A stretch of 63,570 nucleotides of DNA, filler included, from Bdellovibrionota bacterium (lineage in GTDB: Bacteria > Bdellovibrionota > Bdellovibrionia > Bdellovibrionales > JAEYZS01): assembly GCA_963169515.1 (NCBI GenBank). It is 4 parts of 4 records of this genome, joined end to end, with 100 filler letters (N's around TTAATTAATTAA, not from the genome) between each part and the next. Parts side by side here need not be neighbours in the genome. Positions count along the whole stretch, not along the records: positions 1 to 24,660 come from CAUJEF010000023.1; positions 24,761 to 49,374 come from CAUJEF010000024.1; 2 more parts are not named here. The stretch is one strand, 5' to 3'. The position numbers and the translations under genes were made by a program. Positions 21,901-30,905 of the stretch are shown here, piece after piece. The notes below the pieces were generated by a model, which saw nothing but the letters and a program-made list of their open reading frames with translations, did not search any database and had not been told where the DNA came from. How positions within the stretch are numbered: the stretch's first letter is position 1; each line of letters opens with the position of its first letter.

Positions 21901-22777
21901 TATATCCAATCGCTTCATCAAATAATGTTATATCTTCAGCTGTAGAGTCTTCGGTGCTATCCACAAATTGAATCAAAATCTTAAAAGCCTGGTATGCTCT
22001 TTCATAGTCTTGAGACGCAAAATAAGACGCCCCCAACTTATAAATAGACTTTACCTTGAATATTCCAGCGCTTTGCGACAGCTTCGAATAATAAAATTTT
22101 GCACTCTGATAATCCATTAAATTGAAATAGTGTTCTGCCAGACGCCAAGACACCTCATCAGAAAATACAGAGTATGGGTACTTTGCAATTAATCGCTCGA
22201 ATATTTTAATTGCCTTCCCCGTCATACCCATTTCGTCGTAGCTATAACCAATAAGATAGTGGGCTCGATCGCTCAACGGACTATCTGGAAAATCCGTCAA
22301 AATCTTTTTTGCATAGTAAATGGCATTATTATAGTCAGGGACAGGCATTGTAGGCGCAACTTTAATTCGGCCAGCAGCATAGTCCGTAGCTTGTGCATTG
22401 TAATCCTTCATTTTTTTGTTAAAAAGAAGATTGGAGCCCTCAAAATACAAATGGGCAAGTCTCAATAACAGCGAATCGTCAAGGATGTCGGCGCCTTTTT
22501 CTTTCTTAAATTTATTGTATTCAGATATTAAGTTCTCATTGCTCAAAGTAAGATTCTTTTCTAGCCCGCTCAAGCGCTGTTCAAATATTTCAGATAATCG
22601 ACGCTGACGCCATTTTCGAATAAGGCTTGCGGAATCTGAAAGGTCCTGTAAATACTCTTTCGCTTGAGCTTTGTATTGCTCGAACGCTTTGAACCCTTCA
22701 TTTCCTGCAGAAAACTGTGCCTCTGCTGCATTCGCTGCCATAAGAATTATTAAAATGCAGAAAAACTTTTTCATCAT
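18965..22777 (-). CDS. Large periplasmic TPR protein, AgmU/GltD-like
   Basis: Signal peptide; many TPR units (RLAHLYFE, DFPDSPLSDRAHYLIGY, KYPYSVFSDEVSWRLAEHYF). Confidence 0.75.
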   Translation of the reverse strand: MMKKFFCILIILMAANAAEAQFSAGNEGFKAFEQYKAQAKEYLQDLSDSASLIRKWRQRRLSEIFEQRLSGLEKNLTLSNENLISEYNKFKKEKGADILDDSLLLRLAHLYFEGSNLLFNKKMKDYNAQATDYAAGRIKVAPTMPVPDYNNAIYYAKKILTDFPDSPLSDRAHYLIGYSYDEMGMTGKAIKIFERLIAKYPYSVFSDEVSWRLAEHYFNLMDYQSAKFYYSKLSQSAGIFKVKSIYKLGASYFASQDYERAYQAFKILIQFVDSTEDSTAEDITLFDEAIGYMGVLKTHGIKIDLDEEFQEKIYLSLGETYKRKSDETSMRAVYEEAIRKFPYASYIPLFYTEIIASYEDEMQIDRANRVRDDFINLMTKSEYWWDKNDASRLAVFRAEDFLEEHLLKNARYFAMAGYRNKSASQLATARVRYERFLSNYEFSPYSESAMMELADLEYYSSNFEKAAELYLKLVTHTKSNATRESAAYSYLWAMVKKVNYNLSVSESFQINDSGQTPNYSNQESVFLKSASVYTDYVKTGMRRQKILLKTAQVQAARGDLGKAEKTLNELISSRDFTTMTTVKAIWFLSSIYNLKGEWSKVTEVSELLPTLRLQVDSSVLDEHNSLFQRDESLAAVENLISELNYADAIKSYKDYIANNPRSSFKHQILFRIAILYRRTKNIEESEAYLNQLKGTKLEKDSLFIHAMNQKSLGQFEKAAQTFEKFIATAGNHAWKEQALISAVNLRKNLLQWKSVFNLLSVQLKNNKNHMLALDLIEAAKYLGNDKYIGEYLKAFDKKDIQSWVLYKTLYIETLMNKRMWASVDRECKITTQVAEQVKRQTAYVKLSQSWCQYFEIDRKIEGAFSVADLVPHIKVLRQIGIAEVTSRALSDVVIKAFEQNISDKNLPAIAEEAWSNIKDTPYHPAAVNAEKAYFLAQRKLPIHIGHLINWRLGLMNVMELQAPTQKDVPWESIKSACESGRFDNCLSGLSNVLKMTNERNVLLDLAIAQLRWGNDVKASSYFADFAKAGKWDSEAQSLAYVFGLTSLSPAPLAAAIPIAEPRYLSYVANAEKFYKAHQFKEAVDSLQAAIQNDPAQSLPYAVMARILFENKYYQWAAALLEEGVVNTGNSDGLFALRAHIDASLRRYGRIGYTLDFLDEGYLSAVGLSLTALKNKDKKMQQRVTDALSGKPFWLQTYLASENVINGTKNKVENYQNNAHLSWLVSLQTAQDKQQFYSSLKNIKSLGYSNPLLNQMYQTVTREVAGDRSND

Positions 22778-24057
22778 TTACCTAAATAATCTTCTACCTG
22801 CATCACGCCAAACTTGTAATCCTCTATAACCTCGGCCAATGTTCGTTTGCCCTCTGTCCGTTCTGCCCAAAAATTTTCAAGTTGCCCCATGTTGGATTTA
22901 AACAAAAGCGACTCGATTGTCTTTTGTGAATTTAATATTCCGCTATAGGCAACCTGTGCGGTATCCTGTAGGACTCCCTGACGAATCTTCATCAACGCAG
23001 TTTTGTACGAACCCATATCTATCTTTGCTTTCCCGATCTGCTTAATTTCTTTGTTGAGCGCAATAATATAACGAATTCCATCGTCAATTCGTATTACTGT
23101 TCCGATACGGTCCCAAGAAAAAACAAACTCCCTGATTTTCCCTAAACTTTGAAATCGTTTGTTACGCAGGATCGCAATGTTGTCCACTTCTCGAATTTCT
23201 CTGAAAAGAGCTCGGATATCGCCATCCGTAAAAATATGCCTTGTTTTATATTTAACCAGGTCCGTGGATAGCTGCTTTAATATTTTTTTTGATTTTTCTG
23301 AATTCTCAGTAAGTAATTCTATATAGCCGGAAAGATATCGAGATCTGAAATAAGAACCGTCTGGGATCTCAAAATCTTTCTGATTACTTTCGTACACAGA
23401 GGCCAAAACATTTAAAAGCTCACGCGCTGAATCTAAATCCCTGCGCTTGAAATGGGTCCATGCCTGCTCCTCTAGACTAGAAATATAGTACGGGCTGCGA
23501 GCATTGATTCCATGAAACGCTTTTGTCGCATCGCCAAATTTGGAAATCATCAGTAAGCATCTGGCCTGGGACACACTTCGTAGTTCGGAATCTTCCAATG
23601 TAATTTTGGAAATTTTGATGGCCTTTTCCATGTATGAAAGACATTGATCCCGCTTTGAAGAGCTAAGACTGGCTGTTGCCTTGAGCACAAGAACCCTTAC
23701 CGATTCAAAATCCGAGGGAACTGTGTCCAATACGGTCAGTGCAGCCTCATATTTTCCGGACTTAATTAACTGTGCGCCACATTCAATGGCAAACATACTC
23801 CGTTGTTTACTATTGCCAGTCAAATTTTTACAGAATGATTCAAACGCAACATTCGACGTAAGGATCTGTTTCGTTGTCACGTAATTAGAAATATCAGTAT
23901 AGCTCAAAGAAATTTTTTGATCGGTGGCATAAGAATAGTAGCGAAGGGCATTGAATAGCTCTCCCTTAAGAAAACTCGACTGAGCATCATTAACCAAAGA
24001 TTCCTGGCCGACAGCATGGACTGAAAAGAAAAGAGCCACAATGATGAGTTTCCGCAC
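22774..24057 (-). CDS. Exported TPR-like protein
   Basis: Signal peptide, helical repeats (SPYYISSLEEQAWTHFK). Confidence 0.65.
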   Translation of the reverse strand: MRKLIIVALFFSVHAVGQESLVNDAQSSFLKGELFNALRYYSYATDQKISLSYTDISNYVTTKQILTSNVAFESFCKNLTGNSKQRSMFAIECGAQLIKSGKYEAALTVLDTVPSDFESVRVLVLKATASLSSSKRDQCLSYMEKAIKISKITLEDSELRSVSQARCLLMISKFGDATKAFHGINARSPYYISSLEEQAWTHFKRRDLDSARELLNVLASVYESNQKDFEIPDGSYFRSRYLSGYIELLTENSEKSKKILKQLSTDLVKYKTRHIFTDGDIRALFREIREVDNIAILRNKRFQSLGKIREFVFSWDRIGTVIRIDDGIRYIIALNKEIKQIGKAKIDMGSYKTALMKIRQGVLQDTAQVAYSGILNSQKTIESLLFKSNMGQLENFWAERTEGKRTLAEVIEDYKFGVMQVEDYLGK

Positions 24058-24111
24058 CTAACCTCCTGTCAAATGCACACCAAAAACTCTAACTCAATTG
24101 TATAATTTTAT

Positions 24112-24660
24112 TTAATTTTTCGCAATTTGGGAACTAGATTCCACCTTCAGCTGTGGTCTTTCCTTAAAGTCCGTAAAAATCCATCCCTTTTCAAAAGTAG
24201 TCACGCGGATTTTTGTCGAGTCTGCAGCATCAATCACAAGGTTCAGCTTTGCTTCTCTCGTTACGCTATAATCGCGAAGGTAAGAAAAAATTCCTGAATC
24301 ACTACCTTTGTATATAACTTGCACTTCAAACAGATGTGGGCCAGAAACCAATTTCGTCTCGAAATCTTTGGGCTTTCGTTGGTCTAGAGGTAAGTCCTGA
24401 ACGTCTTTCGAAAAATAGGAATACACAGGCTCGCCATTGATTTTGTACACCAGCGAATCGATTGCATAACGCGCACCCATTTGATTTGAAAAGCTCACGA
24501 GTACTTTTCTTTTTTTTCCATCTAGACCTTCGTTTTTAATAAGCTCCTTAAGAATGACCATTTGAGTTTTACCATTGGTCACCTCATCTTTTAGAGCTTC
24601 AACATCATCATCAATTGCAGTCGTTTCCAAATTTTTTGGGGCTGTTTTTGGCGCTGTAAT
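24112..24660 (-). CDS. Hypothetical coiled-coil/beta-sandwich protein, 5' truncated by contig end
   Basis: Frame stays open to the linker (ITAPKTAPKNLETT...); YKGSDSGIFSYL segment. Confidence 0.7.
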   Translation of the reverse strand: MTAPKTAPKNLETTAIDDDVEALKDEVTNGKTQMVILKELIKNEGLDGKKRKVLVSFSNQMGARYAIDSLVYKINGEPVYSYFSKDVQDLPLDQRKPKDFETKLVSGPHLFEVQVIYKGSDSGIFSYLRDYSVTREAKLNLVIDAADSTKIRVTTFEKGWIFTDFKERPQLKVESSSQIAKN

Positions 24661-24760
24661 NNNNNNNNNNNNNNNNNNNNNNNNNNNNNNNNNNNNNNNN
24701 NNNNTTAATTAATTAANNNNNNNNNNNNNNNNNNNNNNNNNNNNNNNNNNNNNNNNNNNN
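24661..24760. other. Artificial contig linker (N run with TTAATTAATTAA)
   Basis: Six-frame stop spacer flanked by Ns. Confidence 0.99.
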
Positions 24761-24761
24761 T

Positions 24762-24824
24762 ATTAAAACAGGCGATTATTATATAAAAGCTCGTTCTAAG
24801 CTGAAAAAGTATGGTTTAGAATGA
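24762..24824 (+). CDS. C-terminal fragment of an upstream gene
   Basis: IKTGDYYIKARSKLKKYGLE* ending in an ATGA overlap with next gene. Confidence 0.5.
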   Translation: MKTGDYYIKARSKLKKYGLE

Positions 24825-25501
24825 AGTTTCAAAGTAGATCTTTCGTAGAAACTAATTATTATAGACCCAAACCACTTACATACTTTAATGAAGAGGCAAA
24901 ACTTTTAGTCGTGCTTACTCCGTGGGGAAGCGGTGAATATAGCGAATCAGCACTTCAACAAATTGTAAACTATTTATCGTCGACTCGAGATGACCGAGAA
25001 GCCACCTCCCCTTTCCAAAAGCTTGCCAGCCTTTCCCCGCAAGCAAATGCTCTTCGCACTTCAATTTTGTTAGTAAATGACCAGCTCTATAAAAATCAAA
25101 ACAGAAAAGAATATGTAGATTCATTTGAAATTTTTGTTGGAATTCAAAAAGAAAAAGAATTTTCTTGGATATCTTTTGGTCACCCTCACCTTCTTTTAAG
25201 CAGAGAAGGCAAAACAGTGATGCCCTTATCTCTAGACCTGGATCATGCTCTCGACTTACAAAACGAAAAAAAATCCTTGGCGGCGTTACCGCGGAGTCTT
25301 GTGGGCATACAGCCTCATCTTGAACTTCCCGTAAAAAGTTTTGTGCCCCAGTCAAATGATAAACTGGCGCTGATCAACCGGTCATGGATTCCAGAAAATA
25401 CCCTCCGGCTTGAGTCCACAAAAAGAACTTTTGACGGCTTTACGCACTCTCTTATCGAAAAAGACGAGTCTGCGTTTTGGTTCGGATTGCTCGAATTTTA
25501 A
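24821..25501 (+). CDS. Degenerate PP2C/PPM-fold protein
   Basis: Motif order resembles PP2C but the catalytic Asp residues are missing. Confidence 0.5.
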   Translation: MKFQSRSFVETNYYRPKPLTYFNEEAKLLVVLTPWGSGEYSESALQQIVNYLSSTRDDREATSPFQKLASLSPQANALRTSILLVNDQLYKNQNRKEYVDSFEIFVGIQKEKEFSWISFGHPHLLLSREGKTVMPLSLDLDHALDLQNEKKSLAALPRSLVGIQPHLELPVKSFVPQSNDKLALINRSWIPENTLRLESTKRTFDGFTHSLIEKDESAFWFGLLEF

Positions 25502-26127
25502 AAATCATCAAAGTCATCGTCGCTGATTTCAGATTCTTTTGATTTCTTAAGTTTTTTCTTTTTTATTTTTTTGGCTTTAGGCTCATCTATGCCAACCTGA
25601 CTAAACGATCTGTTTTTCGAGTGATCCCCCCAATAATATGTCAACCCCAAAGCCCCCTGTAGCCCCAAAAAGCGGCTCCCTTGAAAAAAGAAGGCTGGTC
25701 CAAGCTCAGCGCGGATAGCATACTTTTGCCCGTCAAACAAATACTCTGCACCGCCAAAGGCCCTCACGCCCATTTTAAATGATTCATCTGCCGTATCCTC
25801 CGATGCAAATCCACCAAAAAAACCTGGGCCATAATAAAATAGTAGGGAGTTCCAAAAATTTCGTTGTTTCCGTAGAAAGTCACGCGTGTTGTAAAAGTAA
25901 GATGTATAGTTTATAGATGCATAAAAATATTTGTCGAAATGATAGCCCACATCAAATTGCAAAGCGCTTTTCCAGTTGAGCCAAAAGTCATAACGTACGA
26001 ACGACGGCTGTCCTGCAAAAATAGAAATTGCAGTTTGGCCTTCATCAAAGCCTTCAAAGCTTTTGGAATGGAGTTCTGCGCGAACAGACGTTGACAAAAA
26101 AAATGCTGCAAAAAAAATATATTTCAA
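25498..26127 (-). CDS. Small outer-membrane beta-barrel with Lys-rich/acidic tail
   Basis: Signal peptide from TTG (MKYIFFAAFF...VRA), beta-strand pattern, GLTYYW. Confidence 0.6.
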   Translation of the reverse strand: MKYIFFAAFFLSTSVRAELHSKSFEGFDEGQTAISIFAGQPSFVRYDFWLNWKSALQFDVGYHFDKYFYASINYTSYFYNTRDFLRKQRNFWNSLLFYYGPGFFGGFASEDTADESFKMGVRAFGGAEYLFDGQKYAIRAELGPAFFFQGSRFLGLQGALGLTYYWGDHSKNRSFSQVGIDEPKAKKIKKKKLKKSKESEISDDDFDDF

Positions 26128-26175
26128 GGTATGCCCCCATACATTGTCTAAAATAAATTTAACCAATATTTTTTA

Positions 26176-27663
26176 TTAATGGCTATCTATTTTTAAATAG
26201 TCCCGACGAGTGTCCCACAGCGAACCTTTGATAAAATTGAGGCGCTGGATATCAAGATCAATTTTTAGATACTTCTGTGCTTTTAAAGCTCTTTCTTTTT
26301 CAACCGCCTCGAAAGCCTTGGGGCCCTCTGCACTCTCCCGTTTTTCGGTTTTTCCCCATGCTTCAATGTACTTTTCCGATGGTTCAATGCTTTGATAAGT
26401 GGTCGGCCCTCTCAAAAGATATGATTTATATCCTTCTATATCATAAATCTCCCACGGCGGTAGCTGAAGCGTGTCTATAATTTCAAGAGCGCGTACAATT
26501 GATTCAGTTTGCAGGGCCGTACGATAATCCAACGGATAAATTTGATTCCGATCAACCGCGGTATTATAGACTTTTAAAGTCTTATCATGAATCAATAAAT
26601 AGTTTTCCAATTGAAACGCATATCGAATCGGTCCAATATCCTTCCAATATCCCCATGCTGATTCTAATATCAACATTCTATCTTTCACATTATTTCTTTC
26701 GTAATTGAGCAATTTGTTTTTTAAGGTCAAACTACTGAAATGATTCGCTGTCGCAGAAATTGGATCCTCCCCCACTATGTCAAATAAAGTACGACCTACA
26801 TCCACCAGTGAAACTTGCATATCCACAACCCAAGGGTTTATTCGGTCCTTTTCCTTTTCTGGCTTTTTCACAAAGAGCGTGGCCCGTGTGTTTTCGTGAA
26901 ACAAATTGAGTCCCGGAGCCTCATTCAGCCTTTCCTGTGGAGTGTGCCCATTTAACCCCATAAAAAAGATCCAGTTTTTGTTCCACTCTCCACGTTTTTT
27001 AAGTTCCTTGATCAAATATTCCATGGATTCATCAAGCTCCATCAGTTGACCAGAATATGATTGTTCCCTGGCAACGCCCTTGTTATCGACAGTTGCCGTT
27101 TCTGGAAACTGAAGGTCTGGAATATAAATAAATGAAAGATAACTTCCACTGCTTGCTTCCGATTTTTGCCAGCTTAAAAAAGCCTTAAAAGTTTCCAGAA
27201 CTGGGCGGTAGAATCGATTTATATCTAATGCCAACGTATCGTCAAAAACCTCAAACCCTTGTTGCAATCCAGATCTGCGAAAAATTGGAGCACCACCAGA
27301 AAAAAAAGAGGTTCGATATCCTTTTCGAATGGCGGCCTCTGCAATCGTAGAGTATTTTGCTGAAAGAATGTCATCCCCGTTGTGGTGAACGCCGTGATCG
27401 ATCGGATATAAAGCAGTTAAAATACTTGCAATAGCAGGCTGTGCTAGAATTGATGGAGTAAATGCATGTGTAAATCGCGCCATCTGATCGCAAACAACAC
27501 TAAACCCCTTATTCAGCTCATTATCAGCGCACAATATTGAATTATATGGAAGTGAGTCGACAGCAATTACTATAATAGACGGTGTTTTTTCGCCCAGAGA
27601 ACATGAAACGCTAGATAGCATCAATAAAATGAGAACCACTATCCTAACGCAAGGCAATCGCAA
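26176..27663 (-). CDS. Sulfatase-like (alkaline phosphatase superfamily) lipoprotein
   Basis: Lipobox-like SVSC; PSIIVIAVDSL, ASILTALYP, GFEVFDD, VSLVDV. Confidence 0.75.
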   Translation of the reverse strand: MRLPCVRIVVLILLMLSSVSCSLGEKTPSIIVIAVDSLPYNSILCADNELNKGFSVVCDQMARFTHAFTPSILAQPAIASILTALYPIDHGVHHNGDDILSAKYSTIAEAAIRKGYRTSFFSGGAPIFRRSGLQQGFEVFDDTLALDINRFYRPVLETFKAFLSWQKSEASSGSYLSFIYIPDLQFPETATVDNKGVAREQSYSGQLMELDESMEYLIKELKKRGEWNKNWIFFMGLNGHTPQERLNEAPGLNLFHENTRATLFVKKPEKEKDRINPWVVDMQVSLVDVGRTLFDIVGEDPISATANHFSSLTLKNKLLNYERNNVKDRMLILESAWGYWKDIGPIRYAFQLENYLLIHDKTLKVYNTAVDRNQIYPLDYRTALQTESIVRALEIIDTLQLPPWEIYDIEGYKSYLLRGPTTYQSIEPSEKYIEAWGKTEKRESAEGPKAFEAVEKERALKAQKYLKIDLDIQRLNFIKGSLWDTRRDYLKIDSH

Positions 27664-27769
27664 ACTCCCTTGACCCTATAAAACCACAAAAGTGATAATT
27701 GTGAAAGATATGTGGTTTAACTCCGTTTTTCGAAGACAACTGGAGTTTATAATTTAAAGGATCGTAACT

Positions 27770-28408
27770 ATGTTAACCGAAAAAATTTTTGCCGTCGCCC
27801 AAAATGGTGCAGCAACCATCCTTTGGTTGTTAATTGTCTTAAGTATTTTCAGTGTTGCAATCATTATAGAGCGGTACTGGACTTTAAGGACACTTCGTAG
27901 ACAGAGTGAACAAGTTAAAACTCGCGTTTTGGATGCGCTTGGTTCTGCACAATATAGCGAACTCGAAGATATTGCAAAAGATAAACAAACCTTGGAAGGC
28001 CAAGCCCTGGCACACGCATTTCGATTTGCAAAAGAAAACGGCTCCCAAGGAATTGAAGAAGTCATAAATGGCTTTATATTACTACAAAAAACTCGGCTGG
28101 AAAAAAATCTTAATTTTTTGGCAACCTTAGGCGCAAACGCACCGTTTATTGGGCTTCTGGGGACCGTGCTTGGAATTATGAAAGCCTTCAATGACCTCGG
28201 TATCAGTCAGGGCGTAAGCCAAACAAACGCGGCAAGCATCATGACTGGGATTGGAGAGGCCCTTGTTGCAACTGCCGTCGGTTTATTCGTAGCAATACCT
28301 GCAGTGATTGCATACAACAGCTTTCAAAAACAAGTTAAAAATATTTTACAAAATTTTGATGGATTAAGAGAGCTCTGCGTGGCCTATGCAAAAAGGAAGG
28401 GCGCCTGA
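27770..28408 (+). CDS. exbB: MotA/TolQ/ExbB proton channel protein
   Basis: LATLGANAPFIGLLGTVLGIM, EALVATAVGLFVAIPA. Confidence 0.85.
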   Translation: MLTEKIFAVAQNGAATILWLLIVLSIFSVAIIIERYWTLRTLRRQSEQVKTRVLDALGSAQYSELEDIAKDKQTLEGQALAHAFRFAKENGSQGIEEVINGFILLQKTRLEKNLNFLATLGANAPFIGLLGTVLGIMKAFNDLGISQGVSQTNAASIMTGIGEALVATAVGLFVAIPAVIAYNSFQKQVKNILQNFDGLRELCVAYAKRKGA

Positions 28409-28812
28409 TGGCAACTAAACTTGCTAGCGACAGCCAACCCATTGCTGATATCAATGTTACCCCATTTGTAGATATTATTCTTGTGGTATTGATCATTTTT
28501 ATGGTGACCACTCCTATAATTATGAACCCGAGCATGAAAATCAACCTGCCAAAAGCAGCCTCTGGTGATGACACAGTCCCATCACAGTTAAATGTTTCCA
28601 TTCAGAAAAATGGAGAACTATATTTAAACGGACAACCCTCGACCCTTCTGTCATTAAGTGACTATGTGAAAGCAAATATCGCTCAAAAGCCTGACTTACA
28701 GGCGATCATTGCCGCAGATGCCGACGTTCCCCATGGAAAAGTTATCGAAGTCATAGATGCTGTTAAAACTAATGGCGTCACAAAATTCGCCATCAGCATA
28801 GAAAAAAAGTAA
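28408..28812 (+). CDS. exbD: ExbD/TolR family protein
   Basis: DINVTPFVDIILVVLIIFMVTTP, INLPKA. Confidence 0.85.
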   Translation: MATKLASDSQPIADINVTPFVDIILVVLIIFMVTTPIIMNPSMKINLPKAASGDDTVPSQLNVSIQKNGELYLNGQPSTLLSLSDYVKANIAQKPDLQAIIAADADVPHGKVIEVIDAVKTNGVTKFAISIEKK

Positions 28813-28821
28813 AAACCCTTC

Positions 28822-29445
28822 CTAGGGGTGAACAGAAGCAAACTTTGTCTGAAAAAGTGAACTGATTTTATCTTTAAACAAACAAACCAGTTCAGAACGA
28901 TCAACCTTCTGCCCCAGCAGTTTTTCCATGCTCACCATTGTATTGGTTTGAAAGCCGCAAGGCTTCAATCCCTGAAATGCGGACGGATCGTCTGCAACAT
29001 TTAGCGCAAGGCCATGGTAAGTAATCCATTTCTTTACACCAATTCCAATCGAAGCAACTTTTTTATCTCCAACCCAAACGCCTGTCGCATCTTTTACAGA
29101 GGAAGCCTTCAGGCCGTAAGATTCAAGAACAGAAATGATAATTTTTTCTAGCATACGTAAATACAAATGCAAATCGCGACCATAGGTATTTAAGTTAACA
29201 ATCGGATAAATTACCAACTGGCTTGGGCCATGATAGGTTGCGCGCCCCCCCCTTTGGATTTCGACGATATCGCCGCTCCAAGTTGTAACGTCACCAATTT
29301 CGGTAGACCGTCCCAGAGTCACAACAGGAGGATGCGAGCAAAAAACAATCGTGTCTTCGCCCCCAGTGGAAACTCTCTCTAGCGTTTCCAGTTGTCGTTC
29401 TAATGCCTTTTCGTAAGGGATTAAACCCCAATCTTCAAATTTCAT
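28822..29445 (-). CDS. lipB: Octanoyltransferase
   Basis: HPPVVTLGR, RGGRATYHGPSQ, KVASIG, HGLALN, PCG. Confidence 0.95.
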   Translation of the reverse strand: MKFEDWGLIPYEKALERQLETLERVSTGGEDTIVFCSHPPVVTLGRSTEIGDVTTWSGDIVEIQRGGRATYHGPSQLVIYPIVNLNTYGRDLHLYLRMLEKIIISVLESYGLKASSVKDATGVWVGDKKVASIGIGVKKWITYHGLALNVADDPSAFQGLKPCGFQTNTMVSMEKLLGQKVDRSELVCLFKDKISSLFQTKFASVHP

Positions 29446-30893
29446 ACCGTTTTGTGATTCGAAGATGCCGAAGCTCTGGCGAGAGGTCTTTGTATAATAT
29501 GTATTGCGTGCCCCAAAGCCGCTTCTGCCGCCTCCATTACAGTTTCGCCTAGTGTTGGGTGAGGATGTATCGTCAGTGCCAGGTCTTCGAGCGTTGCGCC
29601 CATTTCAATTGCTAAAGCCGCTTCGCTAATCAACTGACTTGCCTCTGGGCCGCAAACATGAACGCCCAGTACAATATTGTTTTTTGCATTGGCAATAATT
29701 TTGACAAAGCCATCCGTTTCCATCAAAGAGACCGCACGTCCATTTGCCGCAAATGGAAATTTGCCAATCTTAAGATCAGTATATCCTGCTTTCTTACACT
29801 CTTCTTCTGTCATCCCTGCCGATGCAATTTCTGGATCTGTAAAGATCACAGCTGGAACCGTTTTTGCGTCATATGCGCGGTTTTTTCCGCCAATCACCTC
29901 TGCAACAAGGACGCCTTCATGCGAAGCCTTGTGAGCAAGCATGGGTTGCCCCGCAATGTCTCCTATAGCATAAATACCAGGGATGTTTGTTTTTCTCTGG
30001 GCGTTTACCTTAACAAATCCCTTCTCATCAATATTTAATCCAATTCCCTTTAGGTTCGCTTGATCGGAGTTTGGCTTGCGCCCTACAGTTAACAGAATTT
30101 TATCGACCTCTACAACTTGAGCCTTTCCAGCAACCTCGTATGTAACTTCCAAAACAGAGCCTTTTTTCTTATAAGATTTTGCAAAAGATTCTGTGGTAAT
30201 CGTAACGCCTTTCTTTTTTAGTTTACGCACCACAACTTGAACCGCATCTTTATCCACAATTCCAGAAAGCAGTTCTTTGGCCGCCTCTAAAACAACAACT
30301 TCAGTTCCAAAATCAGACAGAAATCCGCTGATCTCTAATCCAATGTACCCCCCGCCGATTACAACCACTTTTTTTGGAATTTCTTCCAGGGCAAGAGCAC
30401 CCGTTGATGACAAAACATTTTTTTCATCAATTACAAAGCCCGGGATTTCAATGGGCCGAGACCCTGTTGCAACAATAAAATTTTTTGCAGCAATTACTTT
30501 TGAACCCTTAGAAGATTTAATCTCGACTGTCTGTGCATCTTTGAAAACGGCATCACCAAGCACCGTTTCAACCGCATTACCCTTTAAAAGTTGTCCCACG
30601 CCTCCGGACATCTTATCACATACAGATTGCTTCCACTTTTGCAAGGTTGCTGCATCGACGGTCACTTTTCCAGAAATATTAATCCCCATTTCGGCGGCAT
30701 CATTATTTACACGATGAAAGAAGTGGCCCGCAGTGATCATCGCCTTGGAAGGAATGCATCCAACATTCAAACAAACACCACCCAGCTTTTCGCGTTCGAT
30801 AATAACAGTCTTCAACCCCATTTGCGCACTACGAATAGCCGCAACATATCCACCGGGGCCCGATCCCACCACGCACACGTCAAATTGATTCAT
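29442..30893 (-). CDS. lpdA: Dihydrolipoyl dehydrogenase E3
   Basis: GGVCLNVGCIPSK, GGGYIGLE, HPHPTLGE. Confidence 0.97.
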   Translation of the reverse strand: MNQFDVCVVGSGPGGYVAAIRSAQMGLKTVIIEREKLGGVCLNVGCIPSKAMITAGHFFHRVNNDAAEMGINISGKVTVDAATLQKWKQSVCDKMSGGVGQLLKGNAVETVLGDAVFKDAQTVEIKSSKGSKVIAAKNFIVATGSRPIEIPGFVIDEKNVLSSTGALALEEIPKKVVVIGGGYIGLEISGFLSDFGTEVVVLEAAKELLSGIVDKDAVQVVVRKLKKKGVTITTESFAKSYKKKGSVLEVTYEVAGKAQVVEVDKILLTVGRKPNSDQANLKGIGLNIDEKGFVKVNAQRKTNIPGIYAIGDIAGQPMLAHKASHEGVLVAEVIGGKNRAYDAKTVPAVIFTDPEIASAGMTEEECKKAGYTDLKIGKFPFAANGRAVSLMETDGFVKIIANAKNNIVLGVHVCGPEASQLISEAALAIEMGATLEDLALTIHPHPTLGETVMEAAEAALGHAIHIIQRPLARASASSNHKTV

Positions 30894-30905
30894 AATTTCT
30901 CCGAA

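Noticed and set aside
24661..24760. TTAATTAATTAA palindrome flanked by Ns, repeated three times in the window
   Set aside because: Artificial contig spacer; adjacency across it (for example S8 protease next to the O-antigen ligase) is not biological
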